From Octopus vulgaris (Eukaryota), in contig OX597821.1 of the NCBI GenBank assembly GCA_951406725.2, positions 53,072,001 through 53,136,000 of the forward strand: a DNA stretch of 64,000 nucleotides, in the 5' to 3' direction. The position numbers and the translations under genes are program-made. The notes below the pieces were generated by a model that saw only the letters and a program-made list of their open reading frames with translations, ran no database searches and was not told the DNA's origin. This document shows positions 27,478 to 39,539 of this stretch, piece by piece. Position 1 is the stretch's first letter, and every line of letters begins with the position of its first letter.

Positions 27478-28272
27478 AGGAACACACACAGGGACACACA
27501 CAGGGACACACACAGGCACACAAAAAGTACATACTTTGTTTCTCTCTCTCAAACTCTGTTACATTGCATTGAGTGGTTTCACGTGGGACTACTTAAAATA
27601 TCTAATTAACAGATTAAATTGAACATAAATTTCCTGTAACCCCTCCATTTTAGTAAAACTAATTGGCACTGAATAAACATACACACATACACACACACAT
27701 GCGCATGATATATATATATGCCGCATGTACTCGAGTAATAACCAATTTCTTGTAAAAGACGACCCCCTATTTTGGGCAAAAAATTTAGAATTTTCTATAA
27801 ACTCGGTATAAATGTCGACCCTAGTATTTCACGTACAGCAGTACAACATTTGTGGGTCAAGTACTCTATTATCATGTACGTAGATCGCGGCGCCGAGATC
27901 CAAGTTCCCTTCCCACTATATCAGTCTATAACCGAGTCGATAATTTAAGAATATCTCATATCTGTAATAGTCATACTCTCGATAAATTTAGTCAAAAAGC
28001 TCATTGATACTCCCAATGAATTAGGCCTCAAAATCACTGTTACTGTTAACCTTTTAAAAACTCTATTTTCTAGATGTTTCCGTAGACCTTAACTCAGTCC
28101 TTTATTAATACAAAGACACATGCAATATCGTAGATTTCCATACTGTCGTAGGACTTCATCGATGCATTGAACAATTCGGATTTTTAGCCCATGCTGAGCC
28201 CTTACTAAATAGAAGTTTTTTTTTCATCTCGCATGCATGATAAACTCCAGGTCTATGTCTTCCATATCACCA

Positions 28273-29553
28273 CACTGGGGTTAGACAAAATAATGGAAAC
28301 AACTAGCATCACAGCATCATAATTTTGAAATATCTATAAAACCGTCAAGAGCGTCTTTATTTTTATGTTTTTTATTATTATTTATTATTAACTTGCTTAA
28401 TATGTTTTGCTAAAATTGCTGTTTCTTTTCAGATATCATCAGAAAAAGGTAATTAAAATTCATTAAAATGACAGATCTATCGGACTTTCAAAGGGGTTCA
28501 AACTGTTGGTGCTCCTATGGCAGGCGCTAGCGTAACGAAAGCAGCTGAAATGATTGGTGTATCAAGGAGTACTCTCTTCAAAGTAATGACAGCCTTTGAG
28601 AAAGAGGGGAAAGCCTCCTCGTCGGAACAAAACTCCAGAAGAAAACCAAAACATTCAGATAGGGACCATCGGACACTTACGCGAATTGTTAGAAAGGATC
28701 ACAAAAGTACAGATTCCAAAATTACTGAAGAGCTTACGGACAACCTCGAGAACCCAGTTTCTACAAAAAATGTTAGCTGGAAGCTGTACAAATCCGGATT
28801 TCACGCGAGGGCAGCAATCAGAAAACAGCTACCTCAAAAATCAAAAGTTGCAAAGCGTTTAGAATAGAATAAAAACCTACGGAATTGGTGCCTAGGGCAA
28901 TGAAAAAATGTTATTTTCTCGGACGAGTCATCCTTTACATTATTTCCAACCAACGGCTGAGTATACATGTGGAGACAGCCAAAAGAAGCATTTGACCCAG
29001 ACTGCTTTCTTCCAGCTGTTAACCATGGAGGGTGATCTGTGATGATCTGGGGATCTGCATCTTGGAAATCTGCCGGCCCAATGGTTTCCCTTCATGGTAG
29101 AATTAATAGTGAAGACTATTTAAGCATTTTATCTGATCAAGTTCATCCTATGATTACAGAACTATTTCTGGAGAGAAACGCAATCTTTCAGGATGATAAT
29201 GCACCAATTCACACAGCTAAAATTGTTTACTGTATGGCAGGAAGAACATTCTATTGAAGTTGGACATATTATTCGGCCACCAAGTCCCAGGATCTCAATA
29301 TTATCGAACGTTTATGGTGCATTTTAGAAAAACAAGTAAGGAGTCGATATCATCCACCATCATCACTACAAGAGCTGGAGAATGTTTTAGCTGAAGAATG
29401 GACAAAAATTCCTTTGGAAACAAATTCAAACTATGTACGAGTCCATAGCTCGTAGAATTCAAGCTGTAATTACTGCCAAAGGCGGTCCTGACCAATATCA
29501 AAATAAGTTTGTTTGAAATTTTAAGGTGATTCCATTATTTTGTCCAACTTATG
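28273..29553 (+). mobile_element. Near full-length Tc1 (DD34E) transposon with disrupted transposase
   Basis: Imperfect TIRs (GTTAGACAAAATAATGGAAAC / ATTCCATTATTTTGTCCAAC); transposase from ATG 28468 (MTDLSDFQRG...GASVTKAAE), FSDES, FQDDNAPIH, DLNIIE; multiple stops and frameshifts. Confidence 0.95.
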
Positions 29554-29734
29554 TATGTTTTTGCGAATTGAATCGCCTCATCAAGCAGCGATCTCAGTAT
29601 CGGGGTTAGAAATCTGTAGTTTTAAAATGTCGAAATCTATAACATTGAACTGTAAATTTTGATTTGCATTTAAATATGCCCTATAGGTATACGAACCGCT
29701 TTAGATACCACTGCATAGTGTGAATACTGTATAA

Positions 29735-29793
29735 TATAACATAATATAATATAATATAATATAATATAATATAATATAATATAATATAATATA

Positions 29794-29829
<36 letters not shown>
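29735..29829. repeat. (ATAAT)n plus (TA)n
   Basis: Direct observation. Confidence 0.95.
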
Positions 29830-29832
<3 letters not shown>

Positions 29833-29921
29833 TTGCTTTAACTTCCTTATATAAACGTTTTACTCTTACTCTTGACACAGCTTGGATGCGTAAATATCAC
29901 TGTGATATTTCATGCCCTGTA

Positions 29922-30400
29922 GAAAGCATTCAACTTCTTATACAATCCAAATGTAAGCAAAAGAGAGGATGAGATAAAACTAAATTGTGGGGTGCCAGAG
30001 AATCTTGAGAAAAGGTAATTTGGATGATGATGCTATGATGCTTACAAGAAATCTTCACACGCAACGTTCGTTACTATTTACTTTATTTCAAGTAGGTTCA
30101 AACTGATTTAGATTCAATAAACACAATGTTATAGTGTGTTGAGCGTGAGGTCGTTGGGGATTATTGGAAGTGAATTAGAATCCTCTTAATGGAATCGTGT
30201 CCTGAGCTAATGCTATCAGCTATTCCACTGTTAATCTATCTAGCCTGAAATTACAAACCAAGAGAGGCGCTACACAATTGAAAATATCAAAGTGACAAGA
30301 AAATTGCTAGGTGTTTTACATTTATGTGCTGGAGATATTACTTACGAGTCAACTGAGGATGACAGAGATTTCTGCGCTACAGATAAAGGACAAAAGTATC
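29922..30400 (+). pseudogene. Decayed Ig-like exon(s)
   Basis: DEIKLNCGVPENLE/KVIW...RYYLLYFK*VQTDLDSINTML*CVE, then YTIENIKVTRKLLGVLHLC. Confidence 0.45.
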
Positions 30401-32649
30401 CTGAGAATAAACAAAACGTTTTCCTGATTTACATCAGTATATTTCCCTTCTATTTTTTCTGTCATCTTTTCACCTGAATCCAGATAATTGACAATAAACA
30501 AAATAGGTCGCTTAGATTACAACCTTTCCATTTACATTCACGGCGAAAGATTCCAGGCTTAAAAAGTAAGAAATAAGATCAAAATTTTAAATTCGCTTAA
30601 GAATAGTATTTTATGCTTTATGTTTTAAGATGATTATACGAGCATCAAAGATTTAATGAGTGGGTGGCTCCAGACAACTCTGTTTGGGATTAAACGAATT
30701 TTCTACCAAATTACAATATCCGGTTTTAAAACTTGAAGGACATATTGTATAGTATGCTTCTAAACCTGCTCATATATTATGTTTCTGTGTATTAATGATG
30801 GTTAGTTGTCAAAATATTTGTTTTGACTATGGTAAATTTTGATAATTAATAGTTCAAATATTGTTACATGTATCTATGTTTATAGGCATTTAACTAACGT
30901 ATCTGCATTTGCCTATGAACGTGTATAAAAATACGCATATCACTCCTAACTTATATATAATTACACTTTGTAGTTAATATTTTCGTTTCTCTCCTTATTG
31001 AAACACAAATACGCTGCTCTTTAGAACTATTTTAAAGAAATAATTTATCTTACTTTTATAATCTAAGACTTTTAATAGAACACGTTTCACGGGATTATTG
31101 TTGCTTGATCTAATAATACAAAAATCCAAGAAAAAAATAAAATCAGATTCCTATCTCTAAAATTTAGAAGATACTGAATTTATTCAAGATGCACAAACCT
31201 GAATTTAATGTGATTTACACTGAAAAAGATTGGGGATTATATTTTCTTCCTAGATATTTTACTTTAATTTTTTTTATATGGCTTTTCTTTTTTTATGAAA
31301 AATACAAGGTGTGTCTTAAACTAGGATTTGTCTTTTTTTGTTTTATTTCTTTGCAGAGATCAGCAATTTTAATTCCAATTTGGAATTAAAGTAACCTATT
31401 TTAGAAACAAAATGATAGGAAACCTAGAATATTTCTAAATGTATGTGGTAATGTTTTCATAAACATACACACACACAGACACACATGTATATACCTATAT
31501 AATTAAAAATAGACATATACACGAATACATACTTAGAATCACTAAATTGCTATTCAGTGCGAGCAACGTTTGGAGAATACATCGCAGACCTGAAATGTCA
31601 TTCTTATTGGTTAAACAGTTATATTGTGAAGGGAAAGGTATTGGGAATTGAGGCTAGCATCGTCGAACTGCAGAAAAATGTGATCGTGTATTTTGCAAAA
31701 TTCCTGAAAAGCGCTTTTGAAATTTTTGGAGACTTGTTATCACCCAAATTCAAGACCACTTCGCTGCTTGTTAAATGCACACATAACAGCTTTGAAATGA
31801 TGATGATGATGACGACGATGAAAATAATATTCGCCCTTCGAGAATAGCAACGAATGTTGAATTTAGAACTTGATACTGCCTGTCATGATGCAGGTGGCAT
31901 ATATTATATACCAGTAATAACAGAAAACCGATTTTTGATTAATGAAGTGCGGTATTGTAGGATATTGTATAATAGGATATACCGTATAATAGAATATTCT
32001 TGTACGAGTTAGCTGTATTCAATAAATTACCAGGAAGTAATATATTTAGATATATACTCATGCACATTCATAGACTTTCATACCCTATAGTATTAGCGAA
32101 CGTAGCGAACATTATATGTCACATTTACCAAGGATATTTCTCTATAGTTATATATATGAGAAACAGAAATAGGCATTTATATTCTCATTAATATGTTTAA
32201 AACAATAATTCTGTGTAATGCAAATAAGTGAAAAACTAGCATAATGTAAATCTTCTCCGAATATTATGATTGATTCAACTTTTCATTATAACGTCCGGAA
32301 TATAATTAAAATAATTGTATTTATAGTTTGTTATTAAACGTCAGTAATATTTATCCATTTGTGTCAAAAATTATAGCTCACCGAATAGTGGGTATTTGGG
32401 AAATACTCTGTATGTGTCTGTGTGTGTATGTGTGGATATTGGCCTGGCAACGAAGTTGTTCCCCTGGCTCTGAATTCTTTATTAGGGTTAAAATTGTGTT
32501 GTTGGGTCCAACTTGATTTTAATGTAGACATTTGTAAAGGTTCCTCCTCATCTGCATTGACAGCTTTATTAGAAGGGATGTAAAGTTAGCTTCTGATAAA
32601 ACTACGATAAAACTTTTGACTGAATTATCAGAATGTTCCCACATTCCTA

Positions 32650-32662
32650 CCCATCACCACCG

Positions 32663-32699
<37 letters not shown>

Positions 32700-33300
32700 T
32701 ATAATCATCACCATCACCGCCATCGTCTCATCGTCGGCATCACTAAACAACTTCTGTCATCACTATCATCAGCGTCATAAATACCACGAATGTCGTCACC
32801 TCTACCATCTCCACCAATACTACTACCACCACCATAATCATTAACACTACGCCACCACCATCATCACCATAATCAGCGCCATGGCGACAACCACCGTCAC
32901 ATCATCATCATCATCATCATCATCATCACTTCCACCATCGCCACCACCACGTACACCACCAATACCACCACCTTCATCATCGCCACGTACACTTTTACTA
33001 TCACCACCATTTCCTTATCTTCATCATGACATTTACCACAATCATCATCTCCTCCACCACCATCACCACCGCTACAGCCAACACCACCGCTACCGCCAAC
33101 ACCACCACTACCGGTAACACCAACACTACCGCCAACACCACTACCTTCATCATCATCATCACAGTCACAATTAGACTCGCAAACACCACAAAAATCATCA
33201 CCACAACTACCATTATCACCACCACCACCACCACCACCATGATGGTCACCACACTCCTTTCCGGCACTGCCATCAACATTATCACTCTTCCCATCATTAA
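32650..33300. repeat. Degenerate (CAT)n/(CAC)n low-complexity tract
   Basis: Strongly C/A-skewed triplet repeats. Confidence 0.9.
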
Positions 33301-33897
33301 AGCCGCTATTCGTTATTATTACAATATAAACACTAACCAGCTATTTGTGATTCTAGCAGCTGTTCATTTATTATCCTTATGTAACATTAATTTCTTGTCT
33401 TATTATACTTGTTATTATTCTTGATCTTCAAGTCAGCCTTCATCAGTCACTATCAGTATTATTCCAGACATTAATATATTTTTATACATAGTCACATTGT
33501 AATTAATAATTCTGCAGATAAAATAGACCAAGCTTAACAACGTTCTTGGCTTCTATGCTCCATATATCACTATACTATCCTTTATTTTTTATTCGTTTCG
33601 GTGTTTACATTGTGGCCATACTATAATACCGCTTTGAAGGGGGGTCAAATCGAACTATCAACCTCAGTACTTCTCATCTAAGCCTGGTACTTATTCTATC
33701 GGTTCAGTTCGCCGAACCGCTAGATCACGGGGATGTTAATAGACCAGCATCTATGTGTTGGGTCAAAGACGCACAAAGTCACGCACACATACAAAGACAC
33801 GCACAGACGCACATGTCTCTGTCGGACCTGATATACCATGAATTCTCCCCTCAGTTGTCCGTGTATTTGCACTATATATAAATATACTCTGTTAATA

Positions 33898-34165
33898 TAT
33901 GCGACGACAAAGGTTCCAGTTGACCCAATCAACGGAACAGTATTCTCGTGAAATTAACGAGCATGTGGCAGAGCACTTCACAGACATGTGTACCCTTAAT
34001 GTAGTTCTCATGGAGGTTCAGCATGATACCATATATGACAAGGCAAATATGACAATACAATTGCTACTCATTTTTGCCTGCTGAGTGGATTGGAGTAACG
34101 TGAAATAAGGACACAACGCGTAACCGAAAATTGAACTCCCTTGCCACTAAGGCACGCCCCTTCAC
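33898..34165 (-). mobile_element. tRNA/CORE-like SINE with tail type D
   Basis: TACTCATTTTTGCC.GCTGAGTGGA.TGGAG.AACGTGAAAT (reverse complement of the core at 45570-45610) joined to the tail seen at 820-960. Confidence 0.75.
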
Positions 34166-34312
34166 ACTCTGTTAATATCTAAATATCTATATATTTATAC
34201 ATGAATGTTCATCGTCTGAATATTTACAGTCTTTGTTTGTCACTGTATACATGTAAGAATATTGTATATATTTATTCCAAGCAATTTTGCTTCTGTATCT
34301 GCATCATTATCC

Positions 34313-34362
<50 letters not shown>

Positions 34363-34366
<4 letters not shown>

Positions 34367-34567
34367 TTTTACTTGTTTCAGTCATTGACTGCGGCCGTGA
34401 TGGAGCACCGCCTTTAGTCGAACAACTCGACTCCAGGACTTATTCTTCGTAAGCCTTGTAATTATTCTATCGGTCATTTTTGCCGAAGCGCTAAGTTACG
34501 GGGACGTAAACACACCAGCATCGGTTGTCAAGCGATGTTGCGGGGACAAACATACAAACACACATAC

Positions 34568-34629
<62 letters not shown>

Positions 34630-34783
34630 GACGGGCTTCTTTCAGTTTCCGTCTACCAAATACACTCACAAGGTTTTGGTCGGCCCGAGACTATAGTTTG
34701 CTCAAGGTATCACGCAGTGGGACTGAACCCGGAACCATGTGGTTGGTAAGCAAGCTACTTACTACACAGCCACTCCTGCGCCT
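34363..34783 (-). mobile_element. Full-length S1 SINE
   Basis: Head AGGCGCAGGAGTGGCTGTGTAGTAAGTAGCTTGC, B-box GGTTCAGTCCC, internal (TA)n, tail GGCGGTGCTCCA...CAGTCAATGACTGAAACAAGTAAAAGA. Confidence 0.9.
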
Positions 34784-35512
34784 ATACCATACAGCCACAT
34801 CTGCAACTGTTTTCTTTCATATTCCCTTTGCCCAACACCATTTACGAGGACTTGGTCGGCTGGAGCCATAGTAGAAGAAACTTACATGCCCAAGGTGTCA
34901 CGTAAGGAGACTGATTCCAAAATCAGAAGGTTGTGAAGAAACCTTCCAAATTACAAATATCTCTGCGCCTACCATCAGCCATGACTGCACTTCGTTTTTC
35001 TAAGAATTTAGATATGTTAATTAGATGATAATTATCTGGGGACCTCGCAGTTAGTCCGTCCTTACGTTCTACGTTATATTTATTATAATTATTATTACCA
35101 AGGTCACCTTATGTGTTAAGTAGTGAATAATATTTCGATTTGAACCAGGTTTTCTCATATGTTTTCTATATTTATCTCCGTTTGATATGTACATTCAAAA
35201 TATCGATATTAAGAAATCGATAAAGCAGTAAAATGCTCAAGATTTTCGGTAACTTCCTTTCCAATAAGAAGTTCACACAACACTATTGGAAGCTGTGTGT
35301 GCGTATGCGTGCGTTCATATGTGTGTGTACACATATGTGAGCATGTGCGCGTCTGCCTTAACGTGCGTGTGTTTGTATGCATATTTTGGATTATATTGAA
35401 TGTTTTTGCAATGAATTTTATACCGTAATCTGAAAAATGGTAATTAAGTTTAAATTGGTTCTTTAGAGTAACATTCTATATATTTATGCATCTATATATA
35501 CATACATACATA

Positions 35513-35570
<58 letters not shown>

Positions 35571-36591
35571 CACGTGTATACAAATGTGTGTATGAGCGCA
35601 TGTGCATGTATGTAGCACATTGCTATGAAAATTCGTATTTGAATATACGTATCCAGGAAGGGGTACATTAATATGAAATAGGAAGTTGTTGTATCTCGCT
35701 TTTTTTTCTTTTTTATTAAGATACAGAACAATAAATATTCATATAATTGTAATTTGAAAACCATGCATTGTTGATGCATCTTGTGAGAAAATTGGATTTC
35801 TAACATTTGTAGGTCTTATGTATCACTTCTGATATCAATTCTTACATTCATATGCAAACAAGAGAATTTCACGGAAGTTATCTATATATTGTATAGATTG
35901 TCTCATTTACATTTTGCCATAGAGGGGCGTCGAAATTGTTTTCGTAATGCAACTGCTCACTTGAATGATACTTGGCTAATTTCTAATTATATTTCTATTA
36001 TCTTTTGGTAATACAATATACTTCATGTACGTTAACAGAGTAGTTTTGTAATATCAATCAGGGTTTGACTAATTAAGCTCCACCTTGAAAGGTTATAGAA
36101 GCAACGGAAACAAAGATGAATACATTCTATTATGATGCAAGTAAGTAAATGTAAGTTTGTTGATTGGAGCCCAAATTGAATAATAAGGATAGTAACATAT
36201 CAATACAGAGTTTAAATCTAATTACAATGTCCACAGAATAGATGTACGTATTCTGAAAACAATGTATAATGGGAACATGGTTAAAAAAAATGTTTTCACG
36301 TCCGCGCATTGAGAGCATTATCTTAAATCTATTTGAGACTGACATCGGAGATGTATTAAAAAGAGGTTTTCCAATTTTGTTATGACACATAGATATTATA
36401 TCATATTATATTATATTATATTATATTATATTATATTATATTATATTATATTATACGTCATATCTGATAGTAAATAAGAAACATTTTACAGAAAATGTGT
36501 CTAAAAATTCGTCGTGAGGATTATAAGCGACACTGAGTAAGATCAGTACAAACCGTTGACTGAATTTAATAAGGACGCTCACAACCATATG

Positions 36592-36711
36592 GCTTACGGC
36601 CATATCACGTTGAAAGCACCGGTTCTCGTCTGATCACCGAAGTTAAGCAACATCGAGCCTAGTTAGTACTTAGATGGGTGACCGCTTGGGAAACCTAGGT
36701 GCTGTAAGCAT
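36592..36711 (+). rRNA. 5S rRNA: 5S rRNA copy (full length, probably a retroposed SINE head)
   Basis: GCTTACGGCCAT...GATCACCGAAGTTAAGC...GTTAGTACTT.GATGGGTGACCGC.TGGGAA...GGTGCTGTAAGC; terminal helix GCTTACGGC/GCTGTAAGC pairs; no T4+ terminator downstream. Confidence 0.95.
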
Positions 36712-36784
36712 TCCCTTTATATAGGCGGTGCTCCAGCATGGCCGCAGTCAAATGACTGAAACAAGTAAAAGAGTAAAAGAGTAA
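36712..36784 (+). mobile_element. S1-type retroposon 3' tail fused to 5S
   Basis: GGCGGTGCTCCAGCATGGCCGCAGTCAAATGACTGAAACAAGTAAAAGAGTAAAAGAGTA matches the S1 3' end (reverse complement at 61625-61685). Confidence 0.9.
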
Positions 36785-36894
36785 CCGCGACTTAATATGA
36801 TTAATTCTACTCAGCCCGACTCGAAAATAGCTTAATTTACTTAGAAATAAATAATATTATTTCCTGGCATTATCATTAACATAACTATAAAAAC

Positions 36895-37345
36895 AGTGAG
36901 CTGACAGAATCGTATACACACACGACAAAATCTTTAGCAGCATATCGTCCGTCTTTTACGTTCTTAGTTCAAACACCACCGAGTTCGATTTTGCCTTTCA
37001 CACTTTCTCGGCCAATAAAATAAGTACCGTATAAAGAATGGCGTCGATGTAATCGACTTCTCTCTTCCCTCAACAATTGATAGCAATGATCCAAAATTTG
37101 AAACCATTATTAATATGACTATTAATAATAGTCATGTTAATATTGATTTTTTAGTTTTGGTGCAAGGCCAGCAATTTCGGAAGAAGTCAATTACACCGAT
37201 CCCAGTGTTCAATTCGTACATCTGTTTTGGACCACGTAAAGATGAAAGGCAAAGTCGGCCTCGGCAAAATTTAACTCGGTAGAATTTCAAAACCTACGAA
37301 ATCCGCAATCCGGCGTGCTAACGATTCTGCCAACTCGCTACCTTA
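36895..37345. mobile_element. Two S2 SINEs tail-to-tail forming a long imperfect palindrome
   Basis: + copy 36895-37110, - copy 37150-37345; central ATGACTATT-AAT-AATAGTCAT. Confidence 0.8.
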
Positions 37346-37384
37346 TAATAACGCAGTCAGATTTATTTGTTTCCTCCTGTGATT

Positions 37385-37970
37385 TTAGATAATCATTTTA
37401 TCAATTAGCACCTGGCCTTTGGCGCTTCTATACTTTCTCCTGCATCCCTTTCTCGCGCCCCTGTTAGTAAGTTAGCCTTTTCCAGATGTTCATACAACCC
37501 CTCTGATAGCATTCCCGTTAATAACTTCCACATTAACAGAAGACAAGTAATGGGTCTGAAATTTGAAATGCTATTTCCTTTTTGCCCAATCTTTTGACAA
37601 TCAATGTTGTACTTCCTGTAGTCAGCCCTTTCCGCATGCTACCTCTCTCAATCTTTCCATTTAGCAATGCAGTGAGCACAGGACTGACTGACCTGGTAGT
37701 CTTTTGCCAGTAGCCCAGAAATTTCGGAGTCCGCATTGTTGTTTTTGCAATTTCTTCTGGGTTAATACTACATTCTCCTGTCGATTCTTGTCTTTAAGTA
37801 AATTTTCGATCATTTTCTGTCACAAGGCTTCCAGGTTTTGCTCTTTACTCACGTTCCAAATTCTTTCACGAAACTTGTTTGTTCTCATTGGTGTCTGGAA
37901 TAATTGCTTCCGTTCTTTATCTGCCGCCAAGCTGGGCGAAAAGTTTCTTTTGTTTACTTTAAAACACTCT
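37385..37970 (-). mobile_element. R4/Dong-like LINE reverse-transcriptase fragment
   Basis: LTTGSTTLIVK...SNFRPITCL..MWKLLTGMLSEGLYEHLE. Confidence 0.8.
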
Positions 37971-37974
37971 ACTT

Positions 37975-38154
37975 TGATGAAATCGGTTGGCACGCCGGAC
38001 TAAATACTTAGCGACATTCCGTCCGTCTGTAAATTCTGAGTTAAAATTCAGTCGAGGTAAATTTCGCATGTTATCCATTCAGGGCCGATAAAATATCTAT
38101 CAGTCAAGTACTGAGGTCGCGTCGTCGACTCAACGCCTCCCCTCGAAATCTGCA

Positions 38155-38202
<48 letters not shown>

Positions 38203-38220
38203 ACTACTACTACTACTACT
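37975..38220 (+). mobile_element. S2 SINE ending in (CTG)n(CTA)n
   Basis: AATCGGTTGGCACGCCGG head and TCTGAGTTAAAATTC B-box, followed by triplet repeats at 38155-38220. Confidence 0.75.
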
Positions 38221-39449
38221 ATTCGTGTGGCTATGGCAGTTAGTATTGATTTTAAAGAAATTATCGTAAAGTTGTCTAACGTGCGACGAACGGTCATCGT
38301 ACACCACCAAGCTCTTCAAATCAAGCAGTAAACATTTCTGAACATCTAAGAGTGTTAGCACTTATATAAAAACTGCCACAATAATCTAATCTGATTTCAA
38401 CATCGGAAATGTTCTGACGGAAACTGGAAACTATGGTTATACAGTTACAGTTGTGTTCGCACGTTTATGTGTGTGTATGTACACCACAGAACACCCAAAA
38501 TGATATAAGCATGTAAAATAAATTCTGTGCTCCATGTATGTGCATCTCTGTTTAATTTTCTCTGAAACCTACTTTGTTTAAAATGTAGTTCGATCATTCT
38601 AACGTTCTAATTTCACCTGAATGTTAAGATAAATTCCTAACTGTCCATTCCCCTATAGGGAACCTGCTCTAGTGTCTGAGTCAATTCGATACATGCCACC
38701 CACAAGATTCTCACCTTTGAATTTTCTGGTAATTTTCTGCCGATTAAAATATATAATATAACCTGCTTCTCTTAATTTTCTATTTCCATGCCTTAACTTC
38801 ATGCCTTCATTTTATTTTATTGGAATGCGTTATCTGAACTTCAATTTTCATATTTTAAATTCGGCATTTTAAACCTAAATAGCTAATTTTAATTTCTGAA
38901 AATTTTAACATTTAAATTGCTAATTATTTACATAAATAACCGTTACAAAATTTCGGTGGATACTCATTACAGAAGTAATTGACAGCTTACATATCAGCTT
39001 ATAATACGTGAGATAGCTTTAATAAAATAGTGAGAAAAAAACGCTTCATCGTTAAGTTGAAATATGGGAAATAAAAACAAACTCTATATAATTTCATTTC
39101 TACCGAACGTAGAAACAACCTCCTTTACAATATACTTAAAGAACACCTACGAATGAAAAATCTTTTTTTATATCATTTACTTGATATAATTTACATTAAG
39201 TAGAAATGACTACATGCTGTAGAAATTCGCTACACAAATCATTGTAGAAAATCAATTGTGACACGGACGATTCGTTAAAAATTATAAAGCATAATATTTT
39301 GCATGTGGCCAACTATCAATAGGTTTTAATTATTTATCACATAACAATGCAGACAACGAAAGAAACAAATGGAAAGAAAACAAGTAACATAAAGAACCAC
39401 CCTTCATGAATTGTCGGCAGTTTATCTACACCACATTTCGAGCAACATA

Positions 39450-39505
<56 letters not shown>

Positions 39506-39539
39506 AGTGAGTGAAAGAGAGAAATAATACATACATACA

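Noticed and set aside
28468-29500. Active Tc1 transposase gene
   Set aside because: Multiple stops and frameshifts and imperfect TIRs.
32881-33424. Mucin-like Thr-rich and His-rich ORFs
   Set aside because: Degenerate (CAC/CAT)n tract open in several frames; no splice or domain support.
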